From assembly GCA_965113315.1 (NCBI GenBank), contig OZ220373.1: a DNA stretch of 64,000 bases; one strand, 5' to 3'. The notes under the pieces were generated by a model. The model saw only the letters and a program-made list of their open reading frames with translations, did not search any database and was not told the origin of the DNA. A program made the translations under genes and the position numbers. Positions 50,397 to 64,000 of this stretch are shown one piece after another (within the stretch, counting starts at the first letter, position 1; every line of letters begins with the position of its first letter). The stretch is from Podarcis vaucheri (taxonomy: Eukaryota).

Positions 50397-50565
50397 AGGA
50401 GGGTGTTCCACAGGGCGGGCGCCACCACCAAGAAGGCCCTCTGCCTGGTTCCCTGCAACCTCCCTTCTCGCAGGGAGGGAACCGCCAGAAGGCCCTCGGG
50501 AGATGGACCTCAGTGTCCAGGCTGGGGGTGGAGACACTCCTTCAGGTATACTGGACTGAGGCCAC
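50397..50565 (-). mobile_element. L2-type LINE fragment
   Basis: Near-identical to 8397-8567. Confidence 0.7.
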
Positions 50566-50903
50566 TCACTTGCCACGTCCGATATCCTCTCATGTAAATG
50601 AACAAATGCTCTCACCCCCCACCAGAAAGGGCAGCCAATTCTCCCTGGCACCTGGCCTGCTATGCATGGGGAAGAACAGTCCTAGACTAGCCTTCCTCCT
50701 GCCTGTAGGAATGTCTGCTCAATGGGCAGCATTCCAGCATAGGGGCACCCGGCTGAAATCACAAATTGTGCAATCCAGAGCCGGGTATACCACCTGACCT
50801 TATCCAGATCCCCAGAAACCCCCTATGGGCATTTGGCCAGACTCCAGCAAGAGGTCCCAAGGCAGGAGTGTGCATGGAGCACAGCAGAGCAAAGCATACG
50901 CAC

Positions 50904-50977
50904 CTCATCATCTTCCTCCAAGGAGTTTATCTGCTTTAACTTCTGAGTCCAGTATTTGGCTTCCTCTTCCGGGATGT
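50904..50977 (-). CDS. UNC13B: UNC13B exon 6 (74 nt): DIPEEEAKYWTQKLKQINSLEEDDE
   Basis: cttgcag|ACATCCCG...GATGAG|gtgcgt; phase 1-0; in ORF 50823..51014(-). Confidence 0.94.
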
Positions 50978-53684
50978 CTGCAAGACAGAAGAATAAGCAG
51001 GCGCCTGCTCCCATCTCCGTTCCCCAAAATATATTTTATTATATGCATATTCTGCTCCGACATGGGGGCCCCAGAAGCTTCCCACCCAATTCCACAGCTG
51101 CCCAGCCTCAACCATGCCACAGCATCGGGCGTCCCAGAACATCCATAGGGCCAGGCATGTACTTTTAAATTCAGAGCATGCTTACGCAGAACAGCACATG
51201 ACCAGGGATGCTGGTTCAATTCAGAATAGAAACAAAAACCACACACACAGCTGTAAAAACAACACGGCTTTCTTGGGCTCGTTGAGAACAGAAGGAATGG
51301 TGGACAGACCCTTGCGAGCTGCACAGTCAGATTACAGAAACAGAACTGTGTCAGCAGGTGAGGCAGACGCACATTGCCAAGAGCCAAGGGGAAGGAGGAG
51401 CATGACTTTCTGGCCAAGGGTGGAGGCAGAGGAGGGTCAGAACGATGAGGGCAGCAGCAACAGCAGGCACGGTGTCAACAAGCGCTAATTAGGTTCAATT
51501 AATGTTTCATACTTTCCCCACTTTTCAGATCAGACTGAGAAACAGGAGGCAGTAAAGCACAACCAACTGCGGAGGCAGTCTCTTTGAATGGAAACCCCGG
51601 AAAACATCACAAATACAGCAACATAAAAGTTAAGTCTCTTGATGGCTTTGCCAATTCCAGAATGTTTGGAACTCTGATTAAGGGGGGAAAGGAAAGGCAG
51701 GGAGCCTGGAGATGAAAAGAGGAGAACACAAAATCCATGGCCCAAGGGGAAGCATGCCTGTGCCTCGAGCAGGTGATGGAACCATGCGTGCCTGGAAAAT
51801 CTCCCAGAAAACTCTGGCAGGTTAAGTTGGAAGCAGAGTGCTAGGCCAGGAGAGACCTCTTGCACTCTGCAGGTACCAGAAGGAGGTTTGGGACTGCACA
51901 GAGCTCTGAAATGTCCCCATTAACCAAGGCGCCTCTAACTCAGTCATCCCCAACATGGAGGCCTCCAGATCTGTCCGACTACAACTCCCACCAACCCCAG
52001 CCAGAACAGAGCTAGCTTCTGACATGCCCAACAACACAGTCAAGAACTCTGCTTCCAAAAAGGGATGGAAACCTCGTCCTCAGACGTGTCCCTGTCTTGC
52101 ACTGCCCAGGCAGAGCGGCAGGGGACTGCCAAGGGCCTGTCACATCCTGGCTTCCGGGAGCCATTCCCATAGCATGCTTCTGGGCATCTTATCCGAGATA
52201 AGACGACTCATTTCGCAAACACCACCACAAACATGCAACAGCTCCACACCAGGTCATGATATTCTCTCTGTCATCAAAGAAAGCCTTGAGCAACTTTGGA
52301 AATGGCTTGTGGGAGAGCTTTTTAAGCCATCTGAACCCAAAGCTCGCTCCATGAATATAAACATGCTGAACCAAACACACAGGTATACCACTTCTTCCAA
52401 GTCCATTTTATCACATAGGAGAGGAGCGCTTTCACCTGGGAAATGAAACACAAGATTTCTAAATATATCTCCCCCCTGGGGGGGGGGATGGTGGGATATT
52501 GCTGTAGAGAGAGAAGTGATCTCATACTCAAAGTTAAAAGGAAGGACAGTGACCAAGGTGGGACCCACAACGCTAAAGCGCCTTTGATACTGATGCAATC
52601 TTTATCCTGAGAGCACATCATTCCTGCACCTGCAAGGAACCACGAAAGGCACATGGCCCTGGGATGCTGAGGCTGGAAAGGGTCCTACTTTTTGTCCCGG
52701 AGAGCCCATCACGGCATTCACTGGTTCTCAAACTCCTTAAGCAGAAGTAGCCTTCTTGTATTTCTTTAAGCATGAAATTATAATAGTATCTGAAAAGCAT
52801 CATTGCATGTTCTTGGAAGATATGGCTCCCCTGAAACAGCAGAAACCTTTCCTTGAGAGGGAGGCACACAATTCAGACTATTTACAACTTGTGCACCGTT
52901 CTGAACAGCTAAGAGGGCGAAGAATGTCCCACTAAAGGAATCATTTTTTAGCCAAACTATGCCAGCTAAAGCCTGTGTGGCAACAGCCGTTACACTGTAC
53001 AAAGAAATAGTCCAGTAAAACGGGCATCCTGGGTGGCAGCCTCAGCGAGGCTGCTTTGGGGGGTGCATTTCCTGGCCTGCAGTTTGGACCCTGAAGTGGG
53101 TTGGGGGGGGATTACAATGGCCGCAGAGAGGAAGCAACACAAACCAAATTTGTGCCCTCTCTCCATCTCAACGTTTGCCTGAAAGGCCCCATCCCCCCTC
53201 CATAGACACAGGCAAAGCCCCAAATAGGAAGAGTGGACTGGCCCTCCTCAGAAAGGACACTACTGTTACTTGCATTATTTGCAAAATCCTCCGTTCAGAA
53301 TTACCAATCATACTTTACAAAGAAATTCAGAAACTGTATAATAGGGGCTGGACTAAAGGACCTTCAAGTTTCCTTCTATTAGTTGCATTCAGCAGTCTGA
53401 TGACTCTGAATAAAGATGACTGGTTGCTAGGCAATGTGAAATAAGCACACTCCCCCCCCCCCACTTGTGGAAAATGCTGTGTTGCAAGAAAACCTCAGGG
53501 CTCCAAAAATGTCCTCCCATATACAGCACCGTAAGCCTGATTTAATTGGAACGAACTCCTGAAAGGGAACCACCACTAAGAAAAGATCCACACGGTGGAC
53601 CCGCATCAGGGCAGCAAGAGGGAAGAGGAGTCTTTGAGCTTCACAGAGGATGATGGGGGACGGCAGAAAGTCATTTGCGCTCAC

Positions 53685-53808
53685 CGAAAGGCAACTCAAA
53701 TCTTGTATCCAACAAAATCTGGTGAGGTGTTGGGTTTTTGGTGCCACAGACCTCATGGCCCTTCATCATGACCTCAGCTTCCAGGGTAGACCACTCCCCA
53801 GGGCCCTC
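53685..53808 (-). CDS. UNC13B: UNC13B exon 5 (124 nt): [41 protein letters not shown]
   Basis: ctttccag|GAGGGC...CCTTTCG|gtgagc; phase 0-1; matches the Munc13-2 C2A C-terminal extension. Confidence 0.95.
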
Positions 53809-54888
53809 CTGGAAAGAGAAAGGGCATCAGCAACTTCACCAGAAATATCTCCCCATCCATCTTCCCACTTTTCTCACGTCTGTTATTTTATCGCCCCATA
53901 CGCAGCAGCCTCCAAAGTGCTGAAAGGCTTGTGCATTTAGATAATTTATAAAACACACATCACAAAAAACTGTGGCCACATACAAAAAATCAATGTAAAA
54001 TTAAAAACTAAAAAAACTTTTAAAATGCATCAAATCAATTTGCAAAACCGTCTGACTAGGTCCCCCACTCCTGCAAGAGGGAATTGATATGGCAACTCCA
54101 AACCACATCAGGAAATGGCCTGAACTTTTGGAGGAATTCAAGCTTCTACAGAAGATGTCAGACCACCAAAGTGCTGTTGCTGCTACAATTTATTTACTGC
54201 CACTTTTTGGAAGTCCAAACATCCCCAAAGCAGTAAATCATCTATTAAAAACAAAATATGTATACTGTAGAGAACAAGCCGTGTGCTGCTGAACAAAATC
54301 CTGCTCATTTGCTGTGGCAGAATTACAGAACGGCTTTCACCTGCGGACTCAGAGCTTGACAAACCATCCTCTGCAGTCAACAGAAACCCTCTGGGCCTAA
54401 ACGGGCTCTGAGAAGAAGAACCAAGAGGTCTGCTTTAATTCACGGGCCTTTATTTTAAAAAAAAAAAAGAACAGCAGCATTTCCACTTATAGCCTTAGAA
54501 GACAGTTCAGAGTGTGGTGTAAGATTACTTTTCCTTGCATGCCTTAAGCGGTCATTGTGCCTGGATCAGTTGTGACTGAAGTCAAGAGGTGAGGGGAGCT
54601 TTAGAAAAGGATTCCATAATTTCTGGGTCATGCAAGAATGCTGCGTGGAAGAAGTATGCAACATTTCCATCTCCTGGCTGGGTCACAGGAGCAGTCCACA
54701 GGAGCAGGAAGTAGAGAGGGGCCTGAAAGACTCCACATGTTGCCGGACTCCAACTCCCATCATCCCAGCCACTCATGGATGATGGCAACTATGATCCAAC
54801 ATCATGATGGATACCAGACAGACGCAACCAAACGGCACAAGGAAAGGGGACTAAAGAGCATCTCTCTCGGCTCTGAAGGTCTACTGAC

Positions 54889-55006
54889 CTCATCCGACTG
54901 CCGGATGGCCTTCAACTCAATCCACGCTGTCCCAACCATTGTGTCCCAGATCAGCCCTTTGTTCCATACTTCCACAATCAAGCCCAGGTCCAGGCGGCTG
55001 ATCTCG
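54889..55006 (-). CDS. UNC13B: UNC13B exon 4 (118 nt), C2A: [39 protein letters not shown]
   Basis: tttgcag|CGAGATC...GATGAG|gtcagt; contained in ORF 54802..55236(-). Confidence 0.96.
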
Positions 55007-56351
55007 CTGCAAAGGAGGAAAAGAGACACAACACATAAGCAGCTGGGGGGAAACTGGACCCACACCTTCAGTTTTTTTGCAATGTCCATTCTGATTGCTT
55101 CCCAACTGACTGCCTTGTCCCTGTTTTGATCTGAATCACAACCGTCAAGCCAGACCAAGAGAAGGCTCTCCTGGGATCCCCCAGACAGGAGGAGGATGAC
55201 CAGCCTCTCCCTGGCCGCCAGCCTCAGCACAGACAACTGCAGAGATGCACTTCGGCCACTAGAGGTCTATTCAGGACCACAAGTCAAAGCCTGCTGGGCT
55301 TGACTGCAAGATGCTCCTCCAGCCAAATCTCAACGCACAATTTAAAGTTTCCTCTGACAAAGGACTCTGCGACATGGCAGCCTGAGCCACAGTAGATTGC
55401 TCCACTTCTTTTAAAGCCCAAGTTCACAGTCCTGACAGACCCCTTTCTCCCCCTGAGATCATCCCTGCCCCTTATTTTGTACCTAAGCTTGCACATTTGC
55501 AAGGAATCACCACCCCTTTAAGCAGACCAAGGGCAGGATCCAAAGAAGCAGATCCGCTAGTGCAAGAATTTCTGCTTGCTCAATGCAACTTCTACCTCCT
55601 CTCATCGCTCTACACCCCACCCCACACCCAATCTGCTCCAGAATAGATTTACGGGGGGGGGGGGAGGCGAGGGAGGGGCAGTTCTGTTGCACAGCCCAAA
55701 TGCCCTACGCTAGCAGATCTGTTTCACTGGATACTTCCCTAAGAGCATGTGCTGTTGGGAAGGGGATGATGTCTGTGTGGAGAGTCCCGGGCAAGGTATT
55801 ACAAAATGCAACATGTGTTTTCAAGCAACACCTTTGCAACTTCCCAATAAACAGGCAGAGAAAGGCGAATGCTTCTGCTTTCAGTGTTTTTGTCTTTTTT
55901 AATTATAAATTACTAATATCAACAATTTAATATGCATTTACGGTAAATCTCAAAGGAAAGCAAAAGTTTTCAGAGTACCAACAATATTAACATTCAAAAG
56001 AAATACAATACTTACAATGCTATTGAAAGGAAAGGGACACCATATACCATAAATACAATCATATCCAATCTTTCGCTTTGAAACCCCCCCCCATAGCATT
56101 ACTTTTTCAATACAATATGGTGTTTCCTCTCTTGTCTCTTTCCCAAGATAAAAAACATGTTTAAAGTGCCTAATTTCCCAATTTCTCCCATCTTATCCTC
56201 CCTGTATGGAATTTAACATAAATACTCGCTTTCCCGTAACTCAACTGGTGGAACTTCCTTGCCCCCAGATGGCTGGGGGACAAAACTAACACTTAGCAAC
56301 ACGGCGCTCCCATTATTCCAGGTGTGATCCTGACCCACAGCATTCACTTAC

Positions 56352-56451
56352 AAGAGGAAGTCTTGCTCCCAGCACGGCTGGTCCCCTCGAACGGCAACCG
56401 TGGTGCTCTTCACATTTTGCACCTTCAGGGTCACATACGTATTGAATTTAT
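56352..56451 (-). CDS. UNC13B: UNC13B exon 3 (100 nt), C2A: [33 protein letters not shown](F)
   Basis: ctccag|ATAAATTC...TTCCTCTT|gtaagt; near-identical to the Munc13 C2A sequence. Confidence 0.96.
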
Positions 56452-57205
56452 CTGGAGAGAAAGCAGAGTTGTTTCACCTGAGGGTAAGTGTCTCAAACTC
56501 CTCCTTGCCAACACATGGTATTTGGTGGAAAGAAAACGACTCCCACCAGCTGCACTTCAGCAGAGCAAGGAGATGACAGGAGAGCAGGGGCAGAATAGAA
56601 GTTTCCACTGCCACCTCCTTGGTCTTCATGATCTGGCCCCAATGACTGGGAAAGGCTTCACACAACAAGAAACACTAGCTATGAGTTGAGAACTGCAAGG
56701 AGTCAAGTGTGGAAGCTGCTCATTGCCTGGAAGAACGATGAAGCTCAGTTTCCATTGAAATGTAAGAAATCAAGCTGCTTTCATTGCTGATAGCAAAGTG
56801 GAGCTGCCTCAGTTTAATACTCCAAGGCTCCCAAGTGTGGTTGCCTTACAGTCCTGGAACTTCCTTATATCTTGGAGCTTTGCTGAAGCCACTTCAGAAA
56901 CCCTCAAAACTTTTCAGTGGCCAAGGTCAGACCAATAACTGGGCACAGCTTTATTTTAACTTGTGAATTGCCCTGAGCTCTTCGGATGAAGGGCGGTATA
57001 TAAATCTAATAAATTTATTATTGTTATTTTGTCCAACTATTTTGGATTTTAGAAGGAACTGCATAAGCAGGGAAGAAGCAGGCCAGACACTCAGAAGCTA
57101 GAAAATTCCTGCCATGCACCACAGCAGAGAGCCAGCCAAGAGGCAATTGCAAGAACATGGGTGTCAGCAGGTAGACTTGTTGGGCAGAAGAAAATCTGCG
57201 CTCAC

Positions 57206-57235
57206 CTGGTGGCCCCTGGAGCTTCGCTTTCTTTA
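57206..57235 (-). CDS. UNC13B: UNC13B exon 2 (30 nt), C2A domain: (V)KKAKLQGPP(D)
   Basis: ttttacag|TAAAGAAAGCGAAGCTCCAGGGGCCACCAG|gtgag; phase 1-1; similar to Munc13 VKRAKFQGSPD. Confidence 0.9.
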
Positions 57236-58621
57236 CTGTAAAAGAAAAAAGAGGATGTCAGTTGATTATTCCAACCTCAAGCATTTTAACTCTCAGGTTG
57301 TTAAATATTTCAGCTGCAGATAAGGGAGAAAGAAGCCTTCAAGCTAGTTTCATTTTTCACAACAAAGGAACCTGCATAAGAGGCCACTCCAATGCTTTGC
57401 CCCACTTTCCTTCAGAAAAAAACGGGAGAATATTTAAGAAATGCTGAAATGGAGAACAAAGCATGTTGTTGTCCAAGGAGTATTGCACGGCCAGCACGAA
57501 TTGGCTCTTGTCCCCCGAAGCCAGGAGCTCTGGATGACGGCTGTGCTCATGAGGAGCTTGGAACTGCGGTATCACGGGGGACAAGGAAACCACTTATCCA
57601 GGTCCAGGACAACTGAGCACGGCTGGACAGGCCAAGTTCCACCTGCAGCTGAGCCTGCAGCAACCACTGCAGACTTGGAACAGCAGTGCCAAGAGGGCTC
57701 TGGGCACAAACTCTGTGTGTGTGTGTGTGTGTGTGTGTCTCCTAGTTCACCCTTTACAAGGAAGAAGAACAAGCACGCAGCCAATAGGCAGCCCCACCTG
57801 GCTGGTTAGCAACACAGGAAGTTGCCCTAAGCTAGCCTTCCCCAACAGGGTCCCTCCAGATGTTCTGGACTTCAAGAGGATATGCTGGCAGGGGCTGAGG
57901 AGAGTCACAGTCCTAAACATCTGGAGGGCCCAGTTTGGCAAGGCTCTCCTCACTTCCAGAGAAGCATTTTCCCCTCCCTGCTTGGAGATGATGGGGATTG
58001 AATGCAGGACCTTTCTGCAGGCCAGGCTCTAGCAAGGAGCCATGACCTTTCAACTGGGATCCCTGCATTGCAGGGGGTGGACTGGATGACCCTTTGGGAC
58101 CCTTCCAACTTTACAACTCCACGATTCCCCATACCACCCTGGTTACGACTTGTATGGGCAGGTTTATGCAGGCTGCCCCCCTCCACTTTAAAGAAGAGCT
58201 GTGGCTTGCTTGCTCAGTTCTGGCCCTGCCCTTCCAGGAAGCCCAGCACAAACCCAAAATATTGGTCCCTTGAGCCCTCATAGACATCTGGGGCCTGGCA
58301 TCTGCCCAACCGAGCCAACTCAGGGTGACCCCAGCCCTTTCCAGTCGAGGCCCAGTCAGAGCAAGTAGCAGAAAGCCCTGATCTGTCCAGAATCACCTTC
58401 GCTGTGCTTAGCGTTGGCTTAGCAGGTAAGGGAGCCCTGAAGAGAAGCAAGGAACCTGTAAGCCCCATTCACTTTCCTCTCTTCTTCCTTTTTTCCCTTT
58501 CGCCTGCCTGAGTAAGGGGCTCTGTCTGTCTTCAATTAAGCCACCAGTTGCCCAATTACCAGCAAGTGACAGCTTGCTCGCTGCATGAACTATCCCCTCA
58601 CAGTATAGAGGCATCAGGGCA

Positions 58622-58657
<36 letters not shown>

Positions 58658-60195
58658 TTCATGACAGCTCCAACTGCAACTTCCAGCACGCTTTTACGCT
58701 AAAGCTCTTCCATTAAACACACTCTTCCTTTGAATGCACACAGCAACTATCCAGCCTCTGGTTTCTCTCTGCCAAAACTATGAGCAGGTACCATACTGTC
58801 CAATTAAGAGCAAACCCCTGGGGGCGGGGAGGAAACGAACAGCCACCCTTAACTGTCCTGCCTGACACACGGAAGCTGCCCCCCCCCCACAACTCCTGTG
58901 CTTCAAAACTCAGCAGACTGGAGGCAATTAGCTCCGCCACATCTGATCCCATTTCAGACAGAGGAACACGCTGTCAGCAAACCTGGCAGCCCATAGAAAG
59001 CAGCAGAGCCCTCTGATAGGAGAGAACTGCACCAGATGATAATCTCCCATGTTGCTGCGGATGCTCAGGTCAGCTGGGGGGGCGGTGCAGAAAAGATGGA
59101 AAGAGAGAACACAAGCTGTGGCCTAGATACTGAGCTTTGCAGAGCCACGAGGAACATCTGGATAGGTTCCTGATACAGATGTGCTGCTGATCCTGAAGCA
59201 GCAGTATCACACACACAGTTCCAGAAGAGGGCATAGGAATGAAGAAGCAAAAGAAACAAGAAAGAGCACAGCTCTTGCAAATTTTTACTTTTTTAGTAAC
59301 TCTTATCTGTCAAGAAAGGAAGGTCTGGAACTGCACACCTGAGGATGGCGAAAGCAAGCCTGGGTTGAAATCCAAAGAGATTCTCCACATGGACCAATGC
59401 AGGGTCCTGCAAGGCATCCCTAAGCTATGGCCTTCCCTCGCCCTTCCTATTTAATGACCCAACACTATGGCTTAGTTTTCAAAGAAGTAAATATTTATCC
59501 CAAATGCTGAATTGAGATTGCGCGTGTGTGCATGCCTGGAATCAGCCCACACTGCTTCCCCCTTGAAGAAAAAGGATCGGGAGCCCAGCAGAGACAGCGG
59601 CAGGTGAGCAAGAGGACCAGGAAAGAGAAAGGATCAGGACCTCTTCCAGGAAGTTAACACACTTGCCTCAGTGTCAAGGAGTCACCTGCCTGGCCGCCAG
59701 TGGCGAGCAAAAGGCCTTCAGGCGATTAGATGGGGAAGCCTTTAGGAAAACATGGAAGGCAAACACCCCAACCAGACAACCAATGCGCCCTCTTTGGGGG
59801 TGGCCTTCTCCCATAACGCGCCTGCCCAAGGACTCTCCATCTCCCTGCCAGTGGAAGAGGGCAGGTATAAGCAGGCAGCAGGGCCTTGTGGGTTGTGGCA
59901 CCCAAAATACGGAGCAACCATCCCAAGAGGTACTTCTGGCCCCTTCATTGCTCGCTTTTACGCAGGCTCTGAAAACAGTTTTGTTTCAGTGGGCTTTTTT
60001 AAAGATAGTCCTCTTTAAAAATGTGGTCCAAATACAGCTTTCAATTATCATTTCAGATTATTAATATTTTATCTGCATTTTTGTGCCTTGCATATACTTG
60101 CGTTACAGAAAGGCAGGATATAAACTATGAATAACAATGACAATAAATACAACTCTAAATCAAGTTGATCCCACCTTGAGCCACTTACTCCAGAC

Positions 60196-60331
60196 CAGGC
60201 ATAGACAAACTCGGCCCTCCAGATGTTTTGGGACTACAATTCCCATCATCCCTGACCACTAGTCCTGTTAGCTAGGGATGATGGGAGTTGTAGTCCCAAA
60301 ACATCTGGAGGGCTGAGTTTGCCTATGCCTG
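60196..60331. mobile_element. Palindromic hAT-type MITE (136 bp), intact
   Basis: Near-perfect hairpin caggcatagacaaactc...gagtttgcctatgcctg; perfect 8-bp TSD ctccagac (60188-60195, 60332-60339); degraded relatives at about 12000-12105 and 57830-57945. Confidence 0.9.
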
Positions 60332-62673
60332 CTCCAGACCTTACAGGGTTATGAGGTCAAAATGGGAAAGGGGGAACCTTGAGCTCCTTGGAAGAAAGGT
60401 GGGGTGTAAATGCAATTGACTGGGTAAAATAACATAGATAATATAATGAAGTCTGTCTGTGTGTGCAGGCAGGTACAGTAGCAAAAATGTGTACTGGTTG
60501 GTAATTTCTACAGATGATAACAGATGCTTGCTACTGCAAGTGACTTGGCCATGATTTAATTCAGCCATAAGGGATTTCTATCCCACCTTTCTAATTCAAA
60601 GAAAAGCTCAAGTTCTAAAAAGCAAGAAACAACCAATTCAAAAACACAAAGACACACCAAAGCAGCAGGTCCCTCCTCTTTGGATAAATGAGGCAGAGTG
60701 GCAGAGGGATTGCTTGGCTCTGTGATCTCTCAGCCACAAAGCCCAAAGGCCTGTTCAGAAGACACAATTAGCTCCACTCCCTCTTTTTTGTATATTCTTG
60801 TTAATCTCCAAAGGCTTCAGAATAAAGCAATCCCTCAGCGCAAGGGAGATTCCTAACAGCAGGAAGCAAAGTCAGCTGGAGATATTGGGGCAAAAAGCTC
60901 AACTTCGCCTTTAGAACTGGATATTGGGGGGGGGGGGGGGAGAGATGGAGCAGTCAGCGTAGCAAGAGAGAAAGAATGGCCAGATGGCAAAAAGATTATA
61001 TAAATCCAGGGCATGGTTTGCTATTCATTCACCATAATGCAAAATGAATTCTACTTCAGCTGCATTTAAGTACTGTGTGTCTGAAGAAGAGAAAACAAGA
61101 CCTAAAGCAGGGAGAAGTCAGCGACATGCCATCCTTGAACAAGCTGTTCTCCTTAACTCTTCTCACAAAAGCCATCATCTGAATCGTTTTTCCAGCCCCG
61201 TCCTGAGCAGGCCCACTGTTCTGGCCACAGGGAAGTCCTGTCCCTGGTAATTCTGGAAAGCATTCCTGTGCATTTCCTATATGTTCTTGCTCTCTTCTCA
61301 AGCCTGCAGTGTGACATTCCTTGACTGGGAAGGAAGGAAGGAAGTGCCACAGAATCCATGTAGAAACCTGTCATAAACCACTTGTGTTCTCCTGCTCTGT
61401 TGGCAGAGATTTTGCTTCCCTGCCATCCACTCAGGCTGAAGTTTCAAATGAACTTTCTGAAAGCACAACTGCACCAGACGAAGAGGAAACAGATTTGTTT
61501 CCAAAAAAGCGCCAGCTTCCCTTCATTGGAAAGGAACCTGAAGGGAGATAAGAGCACGCCAGTGCCACCTGCCAGACTGCTGAGCCTGGGGTTGTGCCAG
61601 AACAGTCACTCCTTCCATTTATGCCATCATGCCTTTGGGTGGCAAATCCCTGAACACCAACTATATCTCCTTTGGACACAAAGTCAAAATGACAGAGCAA
61701 AGGTTCAGGACGGCATTCTGCACTTCCATAATGAATCATAGCTCAACTATTGTGGATCCCAGCTTCCCACAAACTCCTTTTCCAAAACACATTGCTACAT
61801 GATAGCTGAAGAGAGACCTCTCCAATACAGTCATGCCTCATGTTACGTTTGCTTCATGTTACGTTCTTTCAGGTTACGTCCCGTGGTGACCCAGAAGTAC
61901 TGGAAAGTGTTATTTCTGGGTTTCGCCACTTGCGCAGAAGTGCAAAATTGTTGGGATTCAAGCCTTTATCAGGAGAAACTGGCCACTCTCCAGGCACCCG
62001 GCTTGATCTCCGGTTGACCTCCCTGTCTGCATTCCCCGGCAGAATACAGGCTAGGTCGCGATAGGCGATCCTTCTCAGCGTGAGAAGAACACCCCCCCTC
62101 TTTCCTGCCCCCCCCCCCGGGCAGGGGAAAGAGATAGACAGAAACGTATTTACATGCCTTTATTTCTGTCTTTGCAGCATTACAGAAAACATGTCTGCTC
62201 TCTTCAAACTCCAACAGCAGAGACACAAACTCCTCCTGTACTTCCTGTACAGCTCATATTACACTCTGAGCTAATTCCGGTGCTTCGCACTGTGAATAGA
62301 CTGTCCCTCTGTTTCCCACGGAACAGTCCCAACATTCCCATTATGTTTTGCTTTCAAGCTACCAGCTCGCGGCCGGATTGCTTCTATATCGTAACACGCA
62401 TGCGCAGAAGCGCCAAATCGCAACCTGCGCATGTGCACACGCCGCTGCAGGCCGAGCTCTTTTCATGTTGCGAACGGGCCTCCGGAATGGATCCCGTTCA
62501 TAACAGTAGCATTCTGGGTATTTAAAGATTATTTAGAGGTTCAGAAGAAGATAAAATCAAGTTCATTTAACAAAGAAACCGCACTGTAGACAGGAAGTTC
62601 ATTTGAGAGATGAGATTCCTTGCCGCTCCCCAATCCTCACACCCTAGGCAATTCTTGCTGAACAGTCTAAGGA

Positions 62674-62980
62674 TATAGAATTATAGAATCATAGAGTTGG
62701 AAGAGACCACAAGGGCCATCGAGTCCAACCCCCTGCCAAGCAGGAAACACCATCAGAGCACTCCTGACATATGGTTGTCAAGCCTCTGCTTAAAGACCTC
62801 CAAAGTAGGAGACTCCACCACACTCCTTGGCAGCAAATTCCACTGTCGAACAGCTCTTACTGTCAGGAAGTTCTTCCTAATGTTTAGGTGGAATCTTCTT
62901 TCTTGTAGTTTGGATCCATTGCTCCGTGTCCGCTTCTCTGGAGCAGCAGGAAACAACCCTTCTCCCTCCTCTATGTGACA
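62674..62980 (-). mobile_element. CR1 LINE 3' end, young
   Basis: RTRSNGSKLQERRFHLNIRKNFLTVRAVRQWNLLPRSVVESPTLEVFKQRLD is the CR1 ORF2 C-terminus; ends in an (attctat) repeat. Confidence 0.9.
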
Positions 62981-63352
62981 TCCTTTTGACACACAGGAGG
63001 CAGAGAAGCATCCCTGATTCCCTGGAGGCTGCACAAAGCCCAGTGGACGAATACGCTTTGCTTCTCAAGTGGGAGCTGCAACACAAGAAAGAGCAGTTTT
63101 CTTTCTTTCTTACAGCTAACTGGTTTAATGAATCATATAACCTGATGTGTCCTGTTTGCAAACTGAGTTTCATGAACAGAAATCCATCTTCTGCAGTGCT
63201 TTTGCCAGCCACATACAATTAGCGAGATCCTGGGAGTTTTCAGAAAGTTTAGAATGATTCCATTATCTCCCACTGGGTTTGCAGGCTAAGCCATTACTAG
63301 ATTTAAAGTCAAGAATACAGGACGGTACAATCTGAAAGTTTGTATGCCCACC

Positions 63353-63600
63353 TTAGCAGTTTGAAATCACGTCAAAGTGCAAATAGAGAAAAAGGTACCG
63401 CTCCGGCGGGAAGGTAAACGGTGCTTCTGTGCGCTGCTCTGTTTCGCCAGAAGCGGCTTAGTCATGCTGGCCACATGACCCAGAAAAACTGTCTGCAGAC
63501 AAATGCCAGCTCCCTCGGCCAGTAAAGTGAGATGAGCGCACAGCCCCAGAGTCGTCCGCAACTGGACCTAACAGTCAGGGGTCCCTTTACCTTTACCTTT
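63353..63600 (+). mobile_element. 5'-truncated Sauria SINE
   Basis: ggtaccgct..gcgggaaggtaaacgg, gtgagatgagcgcaca, (accttt)n tail. Confidence 0.8.
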
Positions 63601-63611
63601 ATTTTTAATCA

Positions 63612-64000
63612 GAAAAGGCTGCTCCTGAAGATGGTTTGGAAACTTCAGCTGCTGCAGAATTTGGCAGACAGGTTGCTCATCGGGGAAAGATGGTTTGAGC
63701 ATCTCACACCGATCCTGGTTCGACTGCACTGGACGCCCAATTCAAAGTGCTGGTTTTGATCTACAAAGCCTTCAATGGCTCAGGAGCACAATAGTTCAAG
63801 GACTGCCTCTTTCCATATGCACCAACCTGGACTCCGAAATCATCCTCTGAGGCCCTTCTTCGTGTGCCTCCTCCACAAGAGGTCCGTAGGGTGGCAACAT
63901 GAGGACAGGGCCTTTTCTGCAGTGGCTCCCCATTTGTGGGATGCTCTCCGCAGGGGTTGTTACATATATTTTAGGTGCCAGGTGAAAACTTTCCTCTTCA
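63612..64000 (+). mobile_element. L2 LINE ORF2 3' fragment, degraded
   Basis: KLQLLQN.A.RLL.G...EHLTPIL..LHW motif, followed by gccttttctgcagtggctccccatttgtggga. Confidence 0.7.

Larger units (their letters stand above)
1..64000 (-). other. UNC13B: UNC13B (Munc13-2) gene body, partial; window runs from intron 1 (right end) to the intron after the calmodulin-binding exon (left end)
   Basis: Spliced minus-strand exons give [95 protein letters not shown]..., which matches the recalled ubMunc13-2 N-terminus. Residues such as [25 protein letters not shown] and the [28 protein letters not shown] exon favour UNC13B over UNC13A. Confidence 0.93.

Noticed and set aside
1-64000. Prokaryotic-type systems (CRISPR arrays, operons, defence islands)
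   Set aside because: The sequence is spliced vertebrate DNA, and no regularly spaced repeat-spacer arrays were seen.

Overview
Vertebrate genomic DNA, most likely a squamate (lacertid-type) lizard, judging by Sauria SINE, Squam-type SINE, BovB, CR1, L2 and Penelope-like repeats. The whole window lies inside one minus-strand gene, UNC13B (Munc13-2). I can trace the C2A exons (57206-57235, 56352-56451, 54889-55006, 53685-53808), linker exons (50904-50977, 49013-49070), a 36-nt cassette exon (36570-36605), the '[18 protein letters not shown]' exon (30364-30586), a candidate 126-nt cassette (29686-29811), a giant ~8.8-kb coding exon (about 19567-28368), and the exons at 17193-17486 and 16649-16739 (calmodulin-binding helix). 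Splice phases are mutually consistent. Exon 1 and the C1/C2B/MUN exons lie outside the window. The most interesting feature is the giant exon. It encodes a ~2,900-aa mostly disordered insert with a central cluster of PxDLS-type (CtBP/RIBEYE-binding-like) motifs around an aromatic/acidic core, flanked by about 25 short S/G/F-rich amphipathic motifs. That architecture resembles Piccolo/Piccolino-type scaffolds. Its only in-phase donor near the ORF end appears to be a GC. The introns hold nested transposons, a 55-bp-arm palindrome, a solo LTR and a 200-N assembly gap. All homology statements come from recalled sequences, not from searches.
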